From the NCBI GenBank assembly GCA_951804945.1, contig OX638149.1:93496001-93560000 (forward strand): a stretch of 64,000 bases of DNA, read 5' to 3'. Source of the DNA: Podarcis cretensis (Eukaryota). A model generated the notes under the pieces. The model ran no database searches. It had not been told where the DNA came from and worked only from the letters and a program-made list of their open reading frames with translations. Within the stretch, counting starts at the first letter, position 1. Each line of letters begins with the position of its first letter. The translations under genes were made by a program, and so were the position numbers. Of the stretch, positions 23,594-36,382 are shown piece by piece.

Positions 23594-25376
23594 TTGTTGT
23601 CTTCTTGCTGCTAGATCACAGATCTCAGCAGCCAGACTACCTCACTTGCCCTTTAAAACACACACACACACGCACACACACATCCCTTCCAACTCTACAA
23701 TTCTAAGAGACTATGGGCATTATTTGATTTTAGGGTGCCACTGTATCCCTGGAAGTATTTTATCAGTAGCTGAAAATTCAACAGGTGCAGTTTCCCCCAC
23801 TGCTGCCTCTACAATAAGCCACACTTGTTGAATTTCTAGCAACCCTATTAGTTTCGCTTCCTAGATAGGCTTCTTATTTCCTTCCCTTTCATCTTTCAAA
23901 GGAACTGCAGGACTCTTTTTTTATTCATTAAATGCATTCATGTTACAAAATGATGAATGATTAATTTGCCCCCAAACCCTTCCCATTTCCACCTCTTCCC
24001 ATTATCTGTCTATTCTCATCCTATATAGCTTTGTACAGCCTTGGCTATCTAAGAGATCCTCCTGCATCCAAATCGCCTTTTTCTTTTCCCCTGTCCCATT
24101 ACTTCATACATTCTGCTATTTCATCAAATGCTGCTGATGTTTCTCTTTCATTTTAATGCCACATTTTTTATTTGCACTCTTGTCTATTGAGAACCACATT
24201 GCGGAGAGCTGTTTTCGAAAAACTAAAAGTCCTTCCTAAAACCTAATACTCAATATTTTTTTCTGCCCATTTAATAATATTTCTAATTCACTTTCTCTTG
24301 GTTTTATGGATCTCTAAAGCTGCTCTCTGGATGGTTTATATTTTTAATGCAATTCCTTTTATTGCTCATATTCCTCCTTACCTTTTGGCTTAAGCACCTC
24401 AGCTTTGAATGTTTTTGAGTCCCAGGCTGGTGAGTCTCATATAATGGAAGAATGTGCTCCAGGCAGCATACACGGCAGATGAACAAATGACAATTCTGAG
24501 GTGTACATTAGGGAATCTAACATACCAGCATCCAAGATTTTTTCCACTCCTCAAACCCAAGTCTCCTAGGAGCCTGAGAGAGAAGCGAGTCTTGTCTCTT
24601 TTGAATTACTAGTACAATCCACAACCTGAACTACACAATGTATTCCTGTAAACAAAATCTATGACTATGCAAAATGGCCCACTCTCTATGACATGGTTTT
24701 ATATAGCCTGTCACTTGCTGGTGAACAGTAAGGTTCTGATTAACGACATTTAATGGCTGGTAGTGGCTGTTTAAACCTACCGACATTTTTGACACCTCCA
24801 TCTGCCTGGTGATTGAGGACCAAACTTACACAGGAGATCTGTGGCCACTGGGTGATATCTACCATTCATCATATCCAGAAGACACCCACAAAAACCAAGT
24901 CCCTAGATTTCAATAGCCTAAGTATGACAAATGTTGGATATGACGCTATAGCTCTCAAAATTTCTTTTTAGATCTAAAAGCTTTTTTAAAAAACAAAGAA
25001 ACAAATGTCAAGAAATCTGATTATGTGTTTCCTGCACCACATGTCATTTGGCCTATGAGCAATTTTTCGAACTTGAATGTGAGCAAGTATGGTGCTTGGT
25101 GAAAAAGGCTACTAAGAGACTTCTGACTGGAGAAAGCAGCTTCTTAGGTGTTGTGATGCTTGCTGAGTAGCATCTCTAGTGGATATGCTTGCTACCCATC
25201 TGCTCAACCTGTACTTTTCTCTGTAAAAAAAAAAAAAAGATACTGAACAAGTGTTCGCTTCTCACAAGGAAACTGTTCCTGAAGCAAGCTTCCCTTTAGT
25301 TTGTACCAGTCAGGGAACTGGGTAGTATAAAATCGCATTAACAAATGGTGCCAGTGCTTTCTAATACCATGTTTAC

Positions 25377-25693
25377 AGTGGCGGAGCCTCATGCTCCGGC
25401 ACCAGGGGCAGAGAGCAGATGGTGGCTTGGCAGGCGCATGTCCTGGGGGGGTGGGGGCATGTCCCGGGGGCATGGTGCATTGCCCGCAGGGGCGTGGCGT
25501 GTGTCCCAGGGGCATGTCACGTCACCTGTAGGGGTGAGGCACGTGTTCTGGGGGCATGATGCGCATCCTGGGGGTGTGGCACGCATCCTGGGGGTGTGGC
25601 GCCCAGCGTGGAAGGGCAGCCATGATGGCACCCCACCGGGATCATAGTGCCAGGGGCGGTGCGCTCCCCCCCGCACCCCTCTTCCTCCACCAG
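25377..25693. repeat. GC-rich MITE-like element containing a degenerate ~20-bp G-rich minisatellite
   Basis: Starts cagtggcggagc, ends cttcctccaccag; internal units like gggggtgtggcacgcatcctg. Confidence 0.55.
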
Positions 25694-25864
25694 TGCTTGT
25701 TTACTTGTGGAAGACAGGGAGGGAAGACCCAGCCAGAAGAAGTTACTGTTCAACTGCCTGTGCTAATCTATATAAATTCTGCATAATCCCTTAAATTAAC
25801 ACAGGGCTAATTGTTGTGCAATAGCAGCCTAGTCCTATGGAAATAGAATAGAGATGAATAGGTG

Positions 25865-26050
25865 ACACTGTCTTTTCCTGAGTCAGACCATTGGCCTATT
25901 TAGGTCAGTATTGTCTACACACACTCACAGCAGCGCTCTCAAGATTTTTGGACCAGAGATCTTTCCCAGCGTTGCTTGGAGATGCTGGAGATTAAACCTG
26001 AGATCTTCTGCACTGAAAGCATGTCCTCTACCATTGAGCCCCTGCCTCTC
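25865..26050 (-). mobile_element. tRNA-derived squamate SINE (family also at 36510-36690 and 57915-58100)
   Basis: Minus strand gggctcaatggtagaggacatgctttcagtgcagaagatctcaggtttaatctccagcatctcc...gccaatggtctgactcagg. Confidence 0.7.
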
Positions 26051-26751
26051 CTCCAGTGCGGTATCCATAGCCACTTCGGAGAGGAGCTCAGAAAAACGAT
26101 GAATTATTATTTTTTTGTTCAAGGTGCACAGCTTCTACAACAGTGAGCCTGCATTCTCATCTTTACCTGCCCCCCCACCATCCGGCATGTTCCTTGCCGT
26201 GCTGCATAATGCAATTAAATTCGGCACTAGCCGAGGGGGGTTGCTGCACAACCGGATCATCTAACAGCCTTAAAGATGAAAACTCAGTACTCCATCTTGC
26301 TCATGCTTATGAAGTAAAAGCAAACTTTAGAGCAGGATGTTTGAACTGTAATCCAATTTCATTTCTTGTAGCTTCATTAGTCCTGGTGATAAAAGTTACA
26401 AGTCGGTCTGATTAAATTTTCTCCGAAGACTACAGAGGTACTGAGATGGCTAAGGTAGGTATAATATGGATCTGAAAAATCTGAACTCCTGGGGAAGTGA
26501 CCCTGCCTCTATTTCTTTATTTATATCTGGGCTCCATATAAATCCCCAGGGATGACAAATAGGGATGCATCCGTAATCCATTTGCTTTGCAGTACTAGAA
26601 AGATACAGATGTCCTAGAAAGTGTTGTTTTGATTGGTGCATGGAAAACTACTGTGCTTTGTTGCTGTACTTTGAAAAGCCAAGAACCAAAGATGGCTTTG
26701 ATGCTTTGTTACATCATGGAAAAAGTTGCAGAAATATCAGGGAAGTTTTTA

Positions 26752-26842
26752 ATATGTAATGCTGTACTGTTTTTAACACTGATTGGGAGCCGCCCAGAGT
26801 GGCTGGGGAAACTCAGCCAGATGGGCGGGGTATAAATAATAA

Positions 26843-26886
<44 letters not shown>
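26752..26886 (+). mobile_element. L2-type 3' end with (TTA)n tail
   Basis: gggagccgcccagagtggctggggaaactcagccagatgggcggggtataaataataaa(tta)n; same family at ~45850-46115. Confidence 0.7.
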
Positions 26887-29800
26887 CACTCTCTGCTCTT
26901 TGGATTGGTACCTTCCATTTATTAACACTAAGGATTGGGTGTTTTATTAACACTAAGAATTTATTAACACTAACAATTTAACACCATCTCTCTAATCATG
27001 TGGTCTATCATTGGCTGAGCTTGGCTTTGGCTGGGGAGGGCGGGATATAAATAAAAGTTTATTATTATTACTACTACTACTATGTGGTTCATCTGGAAAA
27101 TGTTGGCTCATCTAGGAAGCACTGCCCCCACTCTCAGTTTTCTGATTTGACCTCATTGAGCCAAATCTGATTGGCTACTTGCTTCATGATGTCATCCTAT
27201 CCATTATATAAGTCACCAGTATGACTGATCCAGGAAGGAGGGGCAAAGCAACTGCTGATCTGGGGATGGTACCTAAACAGCAGCAACTAGATGAAACTAT
27301 GGGTCTGATGTGGGTCAAAAGAGTGAATATTCATGCAAAGGTTTTTGGGGGGATAAATATTTCTACCCTACCAAAATCGGTCTTTCCAACCTACTGGAGA
27401 CTATTCAGCATAGCTCTGAAAAAGACACATAATATTCCACACAAGAGTCAGCTTCTGAAATACATTAGAACATGAATTTAAGCCAATATATAAGCTGAAG
27501 TGTATCCCCCCCCACAAAAAATGCACTTGTACCACACCTGCATGCATTTTCTGACACGTATGAATGCTATCAACATGGGACAGCGACCAGAAATAAGACT
27601 GAATGCACATTGCCATCCATGTCGGTTTTGCATTCGTGTCAGGAGTTCATTCGTGTCAGGAGCTGATTCAACAGAAAGCTGATTTAAGCTTCAAAGCTCC
27701 TTTGGGCTGATAATGACAAAACCTTTATTGTTCTCCATCCTCTATATAGTACGCACACTGGAATAGCCTTTTAAGGCGCAGATTGCATGTAAAACCTGCA
27801 CAGCAATCCACTTTACAAGCCACATTTTTACAAGTCATAGCTCATTATCCACACAACAGCCCTATGAGGAAGGTGATTATTTCTCCCGTGTTACCTACAG
27901 GGAATTCTAGAATTTTGAATTTGAATATGATGCTAAATCCAAGTCTCTAGTATTTAATCTCAGCAGGCTAGCTGTGGGATTTGAAGGGGGGGGAGAGGAC
28001 CCTGACTACGCTAAGTTTGAAAATAAATATATCTAGCTGAAGACTAGACAGACAACTATTATCCAAAAAGTATAATGCCATTAGAATCCATAGTGCCGAG
28101 CACTGCAGCTAAAGTGGCGAAGCTACATTAATAAATAATAACTCATAAACGCTGTGGTGTAATGTTCTCTCTATTTAATAAGGTTCTACATTGATCTACA
28201 GCTGCAAATTATACTTTTTTGATTGTTTAAGTAATACCGTGCTTTCACTCGGCTTCCATTTTATGAGGTAATTTAAACTTCCACAGTCTCGCTAATGCTG
28301 ACTGAACAGAAGCGGCCCAAAGTTATAGCTATTTTACATATCAGATGGGAACAAGTTCTTCCTTCCCTGTTCTCTCCCTGGTGTGCCTTCTCCCTTTTGT
28401 TTCACACAGCACCATCAACCAGTGTGCAAACACAGATCTTGATTCACAAACCCAAAATTATTATTTTAAATTAATGCTCAGCTAACCTGGATCCATTATT
28501 TGCTCAATCTGATGAGGACCAAAAAAAGGGGCGGAGGGGAGAAATGAGAGGAAAAGAAGGTACTTTCTAAAAGCTGATTGCTCTAATTGCTCATTGTTTT
28601 TGATCCACCGCCTAGAACAACTTTCCAAAAGTTTCATTAATGAATGTAAATGTATGGTTGACTTTTTGATTCACACAGATATGAACTCCAGACAACAGTG
28701 ATAGGGTGGGAATCAAATAATGAGTCCCACCAGTGGAAATCGGGACATCCCATTTTTTTCACACAAGAGCACGACACCCAAAGCCACACATTCTTGGGTG
28801 CTGTGAAGGCACAACCCCCAAAAGATGCTTTTTTTCATGGCCATGATCTTGTATGCATCATGTGACTCGCATGAGAGTGTAGCCCCATAGGACGCACATC
28901 CTGGTTTTTACTTCGAAATGTTGGAGGGTATAGGTAATTAGGCTTAGGACTGCAGCTTTAGTTAGTGTCTTTCCCCATATAAGCCCACATAGCCATTAAG
29001 GTCTGGGGGACGGGGCCTTTTCCATGGTGGCCCTGAAGCTTTGGAATTCCTGCCCATATTATAAGATACTATGCTTCAAGGTCTCCAAAAGGCCTTAAAG
29101 AAACATCTGATCCAACTGGCTTTCCAGAGCTGATGTCTTTATTGCCTGGACTGTGGTTATTACATAGTTTTGCTGTGGGTTTTTTCCTGTTTGATGTGAT
29201 TGAATATGTTTTATTGGTCTTGTTCTTTCAGAAGATTTGAAGGATTTCTAATTTTTGTATTATTGATCTTCCACGTTGTATTTTGTTGTTGTTGTGAGCA
29301 AATAAATACTTCAGATTCCTTCTACTATGAGTATTAAATTTACTGGATCACCCTGCTCAGAAAGGTTTACTTCAGTCTAAGTCTCCATGTTTTCTGAAAG
29401 AAAAGTAAAACTTCTGGTAGGTAGGTGTTTAACTTATGTTAATGGCTCTATTTATTGAATATAAGTTTTTCTTTTGGACAATCTTTAGTAATATTTGTTT
29501 CAATACAGTGTCATTTTGTAGTTTGGGAACTTGTTTTAGCCACCTTGAGGAGATTGCCAGTTCTTGGGCAGCTGGGGTATAAATTAAATTAATAAGATTG
29601 TCATAGTTTTTAAAACATCTGGTTTTCCAAAACATTTCTTTAACGGTGCAAGATTCCAATCCTCATTTGCACAATATTTGTAATTAAACTACAATATCCT
29701 CTAGATGGCAGCACCTTTATATGAATTTCGAATCTTACAGAATAAAGGAAAACAAAGCTGCTTCATGAAGCCGTTCTGCGGAGATTTGATCATGTTTTGT

Positions 29801-30690
29801 TTTGAATGGAGGGGTGCCTGCTTTTGCTCTTTGATGATCCCTAGAGCAGGATAGGAAATGACTAAGGAAGAGAAGCAGTGCCAACTTTGAGGCAGATGTC
29901 CAGGGACCCCAAAAGCACCTGTGAAGCAGTGGCAAGTTTCGGTGAGATCTCGTAAAGCATACAAGACCTCTCAAGATCTCATAAGATCTTGCTGGAAGCT
30001 CCTGCCATTGCTCCTCCACCACTAGCAGGGGCAGCAGGCAAGGTGTCAGTGGGGGCCCACCTCTTAGGTTTCTGCCACCTGAGGCAGCTGCCTCAGCCCA
30101 CCTCATGGGTAGGCCAACCCTGCTTTGTCTTGGGTGCCATCTTAGGACCCTGTTTACTTATTTTTTAAAATGTCTATTAATTAGGTATAGCCTGGGGGGA
30201 TGCAGGGGGACGCATACTCCTAAACATTTTGTGAATCTTGGTACCTTTGTCCATTTACTGTATTTATTTTCCCGGATTTGAACTAGAAAATGGTGATTTT
30301 CTTGAGTCAAATTGAGAGTACCCCTAAACATTTTTATTTTATTTTTAGGAAAAAAGCAGCGGGTATAGCAGTATACCTAATTAATATTTATATCTATCTG
30401 TCTTCTTTATTTTTCACCTGTCTTCTAATATAGGTATAGCACCACAATGCTATACTGCTATCACATTCTGCATATGTTTCCTCCAGGTGAGCTGCCTCTC
30501 AAAAGACTAGGCAAGAAAATGGTAAGGTGAACTGGCTCTTTTTCTCACTTCTCAGCAGCTACAGTCTGTTGAACTTGATGTTGGAATATCCAGATGTATT
30601 TATACCTTCCTCCTCTCCAGCACTTTCCCCTCCTTATTGGGATGAAAATGGTTGTGATGAGACCTCCGGGTACAGGGTGGTATATAATTC

Positions 30691-30730
<40 letters not shown>
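30691..30730. repeat. (TAA)n microsatellite
   Basis: Direct tandem repeat. Confidence 0.95.
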
Positions 30731-30731
<1 letters not shown>

Positions 30732-33700
30732 CATTTTAGAGCTGAACAGCCACAGCAATGTTGTAACCTCCATGATCTGCACCAAATGAATTGGCATTCT
30801 ACTTGCGTTTAAAAACTTTTTGTGCAGAACAGTCTAATTTTGTCTTATCAGCACTTTGTTTTTTTGTCACTTCAGTTAGTACTTAATTCAATAGGCCACT
30901 TGTAGTCTAATGCTTCAGGCTGCATAGAATGGATTTAAGGGCTTAAGAATGTATTTATCACATTTGTACACCAAGGATGTCAGAGGTTATCCCCATTCTG
31001 TCTTCAGATCAATGTGGTGTGGTAGGTTGGGCTGGTAGAGAGATGTTTTTTCAAGGAGTTTCATTGGCTAGATGAGGATTTGAATTCAGGTCTCCCTGGT
31101 CCAAGACCAATGTCTTGCCCACTACTGGTGTTGCTGAATCTGTGAGAAGGCTGGTGCTGATCAGTGATCATATTTGGCCCTTCTTGCATGCACTAAATCT
31201 CTTCAGAAGGAAGAAAAGACAGAAACTTCTCTTAGTCTTATTGACTGTTTATTCACTTCTTCAAAAGCAATTAGGAATTTAATCACAGTTTCTATGGATT
31301 TCTGGGGAAAATCTGTAATTAAATCTGCACAGTGCCCTTGCATGATAGGTTTAACTTTTCCACAGCAGTGCGGGAATACTTTTAGTATTCTCGTATCTCT
31401 GCATTAAAATTGGCCAGGCGTGCCACAAACCCAGGACCCCACATTGCTTTCCTACATAGCTGAAAATCCATTCTAACAAGCCAGAATTGGAGGTTAGCCC
31501 TCTTGATCTAATCAAAGTTGTTCTCATAATGGACAGAGATGTTCCTTTCCATCATTATTTTACAGCACAGAGAGAAAAGGAAGAAAGCTCTCTCCCTCCT
31601 TGTGTGGGAAATGAGGCTGGCCTCCCTCCCAATAAAGCTGGCTTAAATCTGCCATTAATTGAAAGCTTATCTTCTCTCTGAAAAAGGGAATGATGTTCAT
31701 ATAAAAACGCAATGTAATAACTTAATAGCTCTGCTGGAGGTGACTTGTACGTGTGTGGGACAGATCGAGAAGGTTAAGAATTGTGGATGCTTAATTCCTG
31801 TTCGTTCAAATGTACGTCTAGGAACGAGAAGCGAAGAAAGAATATGGTCTTGCTGTCTTATTCCTGCTTGCATGGATGAGAAGAACTGTCACAATTGATC
31901 CAATGTCACTGACCCTCTCTTGGCTGTTACCGTATCAGCAGTCAAATGATGCATGAGGCAGGCATTCTCTGCTGGGCAGTTGAAGGAGGCTGGGTGCAAA
32001 CGAGGCACGTTGCAAAATGAGAACACGGCTTCTGTGAGACTGCCAAATACCCCTTTTCAAGACAAGTCCTCTTCAAAATGGCACATTATTATGTCACAGA
32101 CCACCTGCATTTTCTGTCCCCAGGAGTTTTTCCTCGTGACCCTTTCGCATGTGGCTGAGGAACAGGAGGAAGTATAGCTAGAACGACCCCAAAGAATTTA
32201 AGGAGCAACATTTTCCTTGCATAGAACTTACACTGAAGTAACTCCTGCCTTTTAAGCCCAGTCTCCTTCCAAATCTGATGCACCCAAAGAAAAGAGATAC
32301 ATTGTTCCTGCCTCATGAATTGGATTGATACTTCCTTATCATGCCATTGGGCTGTAAAATGTAAAACCTGGATCCATTCCAAAGTTCTTTCTCTTTGCTT
32401 TAGCATTTTAGGGAGCCTGAAGACAGATGGACTTGTTCATCCTACTTCTAATTCAGCAATGAAGCTGAATTCTGCATGAGAAACAGTGCTTCTTCTGCAG
32501 GTAGGGATGGTGGTTGGGGGGGAATTAAATTCAGTTTGCATTTAAAGGTGAACTGACTTAATTTCTGAAACAATGCATGAACTGGAACACAGCTATCCTT
32601 CGACATTCACACGTCTCCAAATTTTGCGATGCTGTTCTCCAGCCAAGTAATGTGTACAAAAATGCACGTATATTTCTAGTAATTGTATCAATGTAGCAAT
32701 TCTAGATGAGGCCCATGAGATGAGATGAGACAGGGAATGGGGCAGATAAGCACATTCTGGTCCGTTTAGGATGCTGTGTCATGCTGAGGATTGCAGCCCC
32801 ATGACATCCAAGAATGAACCTCTCCAATCAAGACAGCACATGCTCTGCGGGTCAGGATGGGTGAACCTGTCAATGTCAGTTTCAGTTTTAGTGTGCATTT
32901 CTCATTTTATACACACGTTTGTATGCAATTTTCCACAATATACACATCTTTGCAAAGCAATTTCCCCCAATATAATGCATTTCTGTATGTTACTTGCATA
33001 GATATATGAATTTTTAATGTATGTTTTACTGCAGTATGTGCATTTTTGTACACAATATTTGACTGGAGAACTGAATTGCCAAATTTTGAAAAGCGGGGAT
33101 TTCAATGGGTGGCTGTGTGTTGTTTCAGAAAGTGCAAATCAGGGAGGTTTGCCTTTAAATGCCAGTTGAACAAAATTCTCTCCCATCCTTATTCACACCT
33201 AGCTTCTGTTGCAAGCGCACAAAGCCAGTTTCCCCTGCGCTTGGTCTGGGAAAGGTTATGCATCTGCACAGAAAGTGGGGACTGCAAAATGAGCTCACCA
33301 TTCAGCTTAAGTACCTCTGTATACCTTATAGTGAGAAAGAGCCTTAAGACTGACATTTCTGAGGCAAACTCATTTCCACAACACAGCCGATTAGAATGGC
33401 AGTGAATCATGCTAGCCGATAGGGCAGCCTGACAGAGCTGTTATGATTTCAAATCCAGGACTGTGAATCTTTATTTTTTCATTCTGCCCTTTACATTTTG
33501 TTTACACTCCTTCACTTTGCAAGATAATTCTGTTCCCTCCTTGGGTATTTATATCTCAGCACTGTGTGGGCTGCTATCTTCTCCCAATCTAATAATCTCC
33601 CTGATGAGCTCTACAGCAATATTTATCTCTCCTGATCTTCTCATCATAAATCAGTTGCACTTGCCTTTTTAAATCTTTTCGGTGTATGGTGCTCCATTTG

Positions 33701-33840
33701 TTAGCTTCCACCAGCCTTTGATTGCGGAAGCACACCTATGAAATTGCAGATCCACAGATCTCACCAATACCCCTCCTTAGCTGTTTGGCACTTCCGCTGG
33801 CAGGTTGTTTACCTCACTGCTGCCTGGCCTTGTGATAAGG

Positions 33841-34228
33841 ATGGGAACACAGGTGGTGCTGTGGTCTAAACAACTGAGCCTCTTGGGCTTGCCGATCAGA
33901 AGGTCGGCAGTTTGAATCCCCACAACAAGGTGAGCTCCTGTTGCTCTCTCCCAACTCCTGACAACCTAGCAGTTTGAAAGCATGCCAGTGCAAGTAGATA
34001 AATAGGTACCACTGCAGCAGGAAGGTAAATGGTGTTTCCGCGCACTCTGGCTTCCGTCACGGTGTCCCATTGTGCCAGAAGCAGTTTAGTCATGCTGGCC
34101 ACATGACCTGGAAAGCTGTCTGTGGACAAACGCCGGCTCCCTCGGCCTGAAGCGAGATGAACACTGCAACCCCATAGTTGCCTTTGACTGGACTTAACCA
34201 TTCAGGGGCCCTTTACCTTTTTTACCTA
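33841..34228 (+). mobile_element. Sauria SINE (older subfamily)
   Basis: Head caggtggtgctgtggtctaaa, core gtgcaagtagataaataggtacc, ACCTTT tail; TSD gtgataagg at 33832-33840 and 34229-34237. Confidence 0.9.
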
Positions 34229-36317
34229 GTGATAAGGCAAACTGGATAATCCCATGCTGTCAAGGCAGCAAGGATCAAGCTAGCTGGGCAAGTGCTGGGC
34301 TAGCTTTAAAAAAAAGAGCAAGGAGGGTACCATGAAGGGGCAAGGGGTTGTTTAACCCCCCCCCATTTCTCTTCCAGCTTCCTCCAGCTGTTGCCCCCTA
34401 GATGGGATGCACTGATGTGTGTTTGCAACAAGCAACAGGCTGCAGGGGAAAACTGCCGCTTGACCATTGTCTCTTGCAAGTTACTCTACCCCCCATGTTG
34501 CTTAGTAGTGAGCAGTTTCCAGGCCTGCATCTTCCCTGAATACCTGGATTTGCACATTAGAGATTAGGTTGAGAAGGTGGGTCTACCTTTTGTCGCTCTT
34601 AGAACACTGCCTGCAAGGGATTGGTTTGAAGGAGTGTGGTTCCATTGCCTGTGTGTGACATCACTTCTCTTGTTCTTCAGGTGGAATTCTGAACTACCTT
34701 AGCAGAAGCTTTCGTTCCACGGACTGTTGGAGAACAATAACCTCCACTGCCTCCAACTTCTGTGCCCTCCTCTGACACCCAGCAAGCTAATATACCTTTA
34801 AAAAACATTGGTTTGGTTTTGGAGAAAGAGATTCCCACCCCTGCCCCTCGCATCTCTCAGCAGAACAATTTGGCTTAATAATTAATAGATTGATCACTCT
34901 TGGCAGCAAAGGTAACGACCATGGTCAGACTATATGGATAATGGTACCCATGTAATAAAAACGTATTGTTGTTGTTGTTATTCAATGGTATTCGGCTTTA
35001 ACAAGAAACTGAACAGACTACTCTGTTGATGCCGAGACAAATCCCTTAAACAGTGACGCAGCATGATGGAGCTAGTTAATGTTATAGCACATGATTGTCT
35101 TTACTTTCTGCAATCAGCGTTTTATTCACAATTTTACAATAGGTGTAAATTTTTATCACTCGTTAGGCAAGCAGAAGAATGAACTGAACCTCAAGAAAAA
35201 TCACTTAAGAATTGGCTACAGTGATATAACAGAGCAATAACTGATCCAAGACCAACCATCTAGTGGGAGAAGAAAAAGTAAGTGACATATAAAATGCTAA
35301 AAGGTCAGATTTCTTCTTCTTTTTTTTAAAAAAAGAAAGGAATCCACAAACAGGAACATATTGTACCATGTCAACAGAATGGCTGTGAGCTGAGCTGAGC
35401 TTTAGAAAAATGAAGGTTCATTATAAAAGCTTTAGAAGTGAAAAATAAAATGTTACATTCTGGATCTTCTTTGTAGGCTGTGAGGGGGGTGGGAAGAAGC
35501 CCATGACAGGAGCAACAGGAAATAAGAAGTCTAATTAAGCATCATTCTTGCTATGTTAATGATAGAAGCAGAGGGAATTAGGCCTGGAATTTTGCTATGA
35601 TGGACAGATTATGTGACCAGGAAAATGAAATAGTAAACATATTGAATCAACTGGACAGATTATAATAAATTTAAGCATGCTTTACTTAAGAATTAGTACT
35701 ATTAAGCTCAGCTGGAATTACATTCACCTAAACCTAATATGCAGGCGATAGTTGCAGATTAGCTGACATTTCTTTTCTTAATTAAACATGATTGATTACC
35801 TGCAGGATATGGCATTGTTTTTGTGGGGATTTGAGGCTGTAGCAGGAGTTTCATTGTGGAGTGGGAACCCCCACTCACAATGTTTCAGATAAAATGTGAT
35901 TACGTCTTAGGAGCACCTATATTTACAGCTCCTACTCAATGCACTGAAAGACAGATGGACATATGCATTCAAAGCAAAACACATCAACACGGTTACTTTT
36001 TTAAAAAAGGGAGAGGGAGCTGCTCTCTGATTGGGGGCTGCATAATGACGCCATGTTGTGCAGTGGTGTGGAGTCACAATTCATGAAGGATGGGGAAGCG
36101 CAACTGGGAGAGCTGGTGGAACTGGGAGTCGTGGCATCAACACCAAATTGGAATGTGAGATCTTCAGCCCCTGAACACATTCTGCCTCTGCTTACCTCAA
36201 GGCAACCCAAGGCTTCTGTACTCCCATTGTATTTTCAGAAAGAGAAATCACCCTCACATCTGGCTGCTTTTCTTCCTCAGCTTCCCAGCTGGCCTTTGCA
36301 TTGGATGGATGGACATC

Positions 36318-36382
36318 ATGGTGGATTACTACAAAATCCTGGATGTTCCCCAAAGTGCCTCTATGAGTGATATTAAAAGAGC
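36318..36382 (+). CDS. DNAJB2-like coding exon 1 ([22 protein letters not shown])
   Basis: 65 coding nt, the size conserved in DNAJB2/DNAJB6; strong Kozak atcATGg; donor gc|gtaaga. Confidence 0.93.

Noticed and set aside
24662-24672. 11-nt complement to the 5' end of miR-153 (hosted in PTPRN, a DNAJB2 neighbour in mammals)
   Set aside because: The match does not extend and there is no precursor hairpin; expected by chance.
26918-26973. Three copies of tttattaacactaa with short spacers
   Set aside because: Too short and irregular for any array; a local slippage duplication. CRISPR does not apply in this eukaryotic context.
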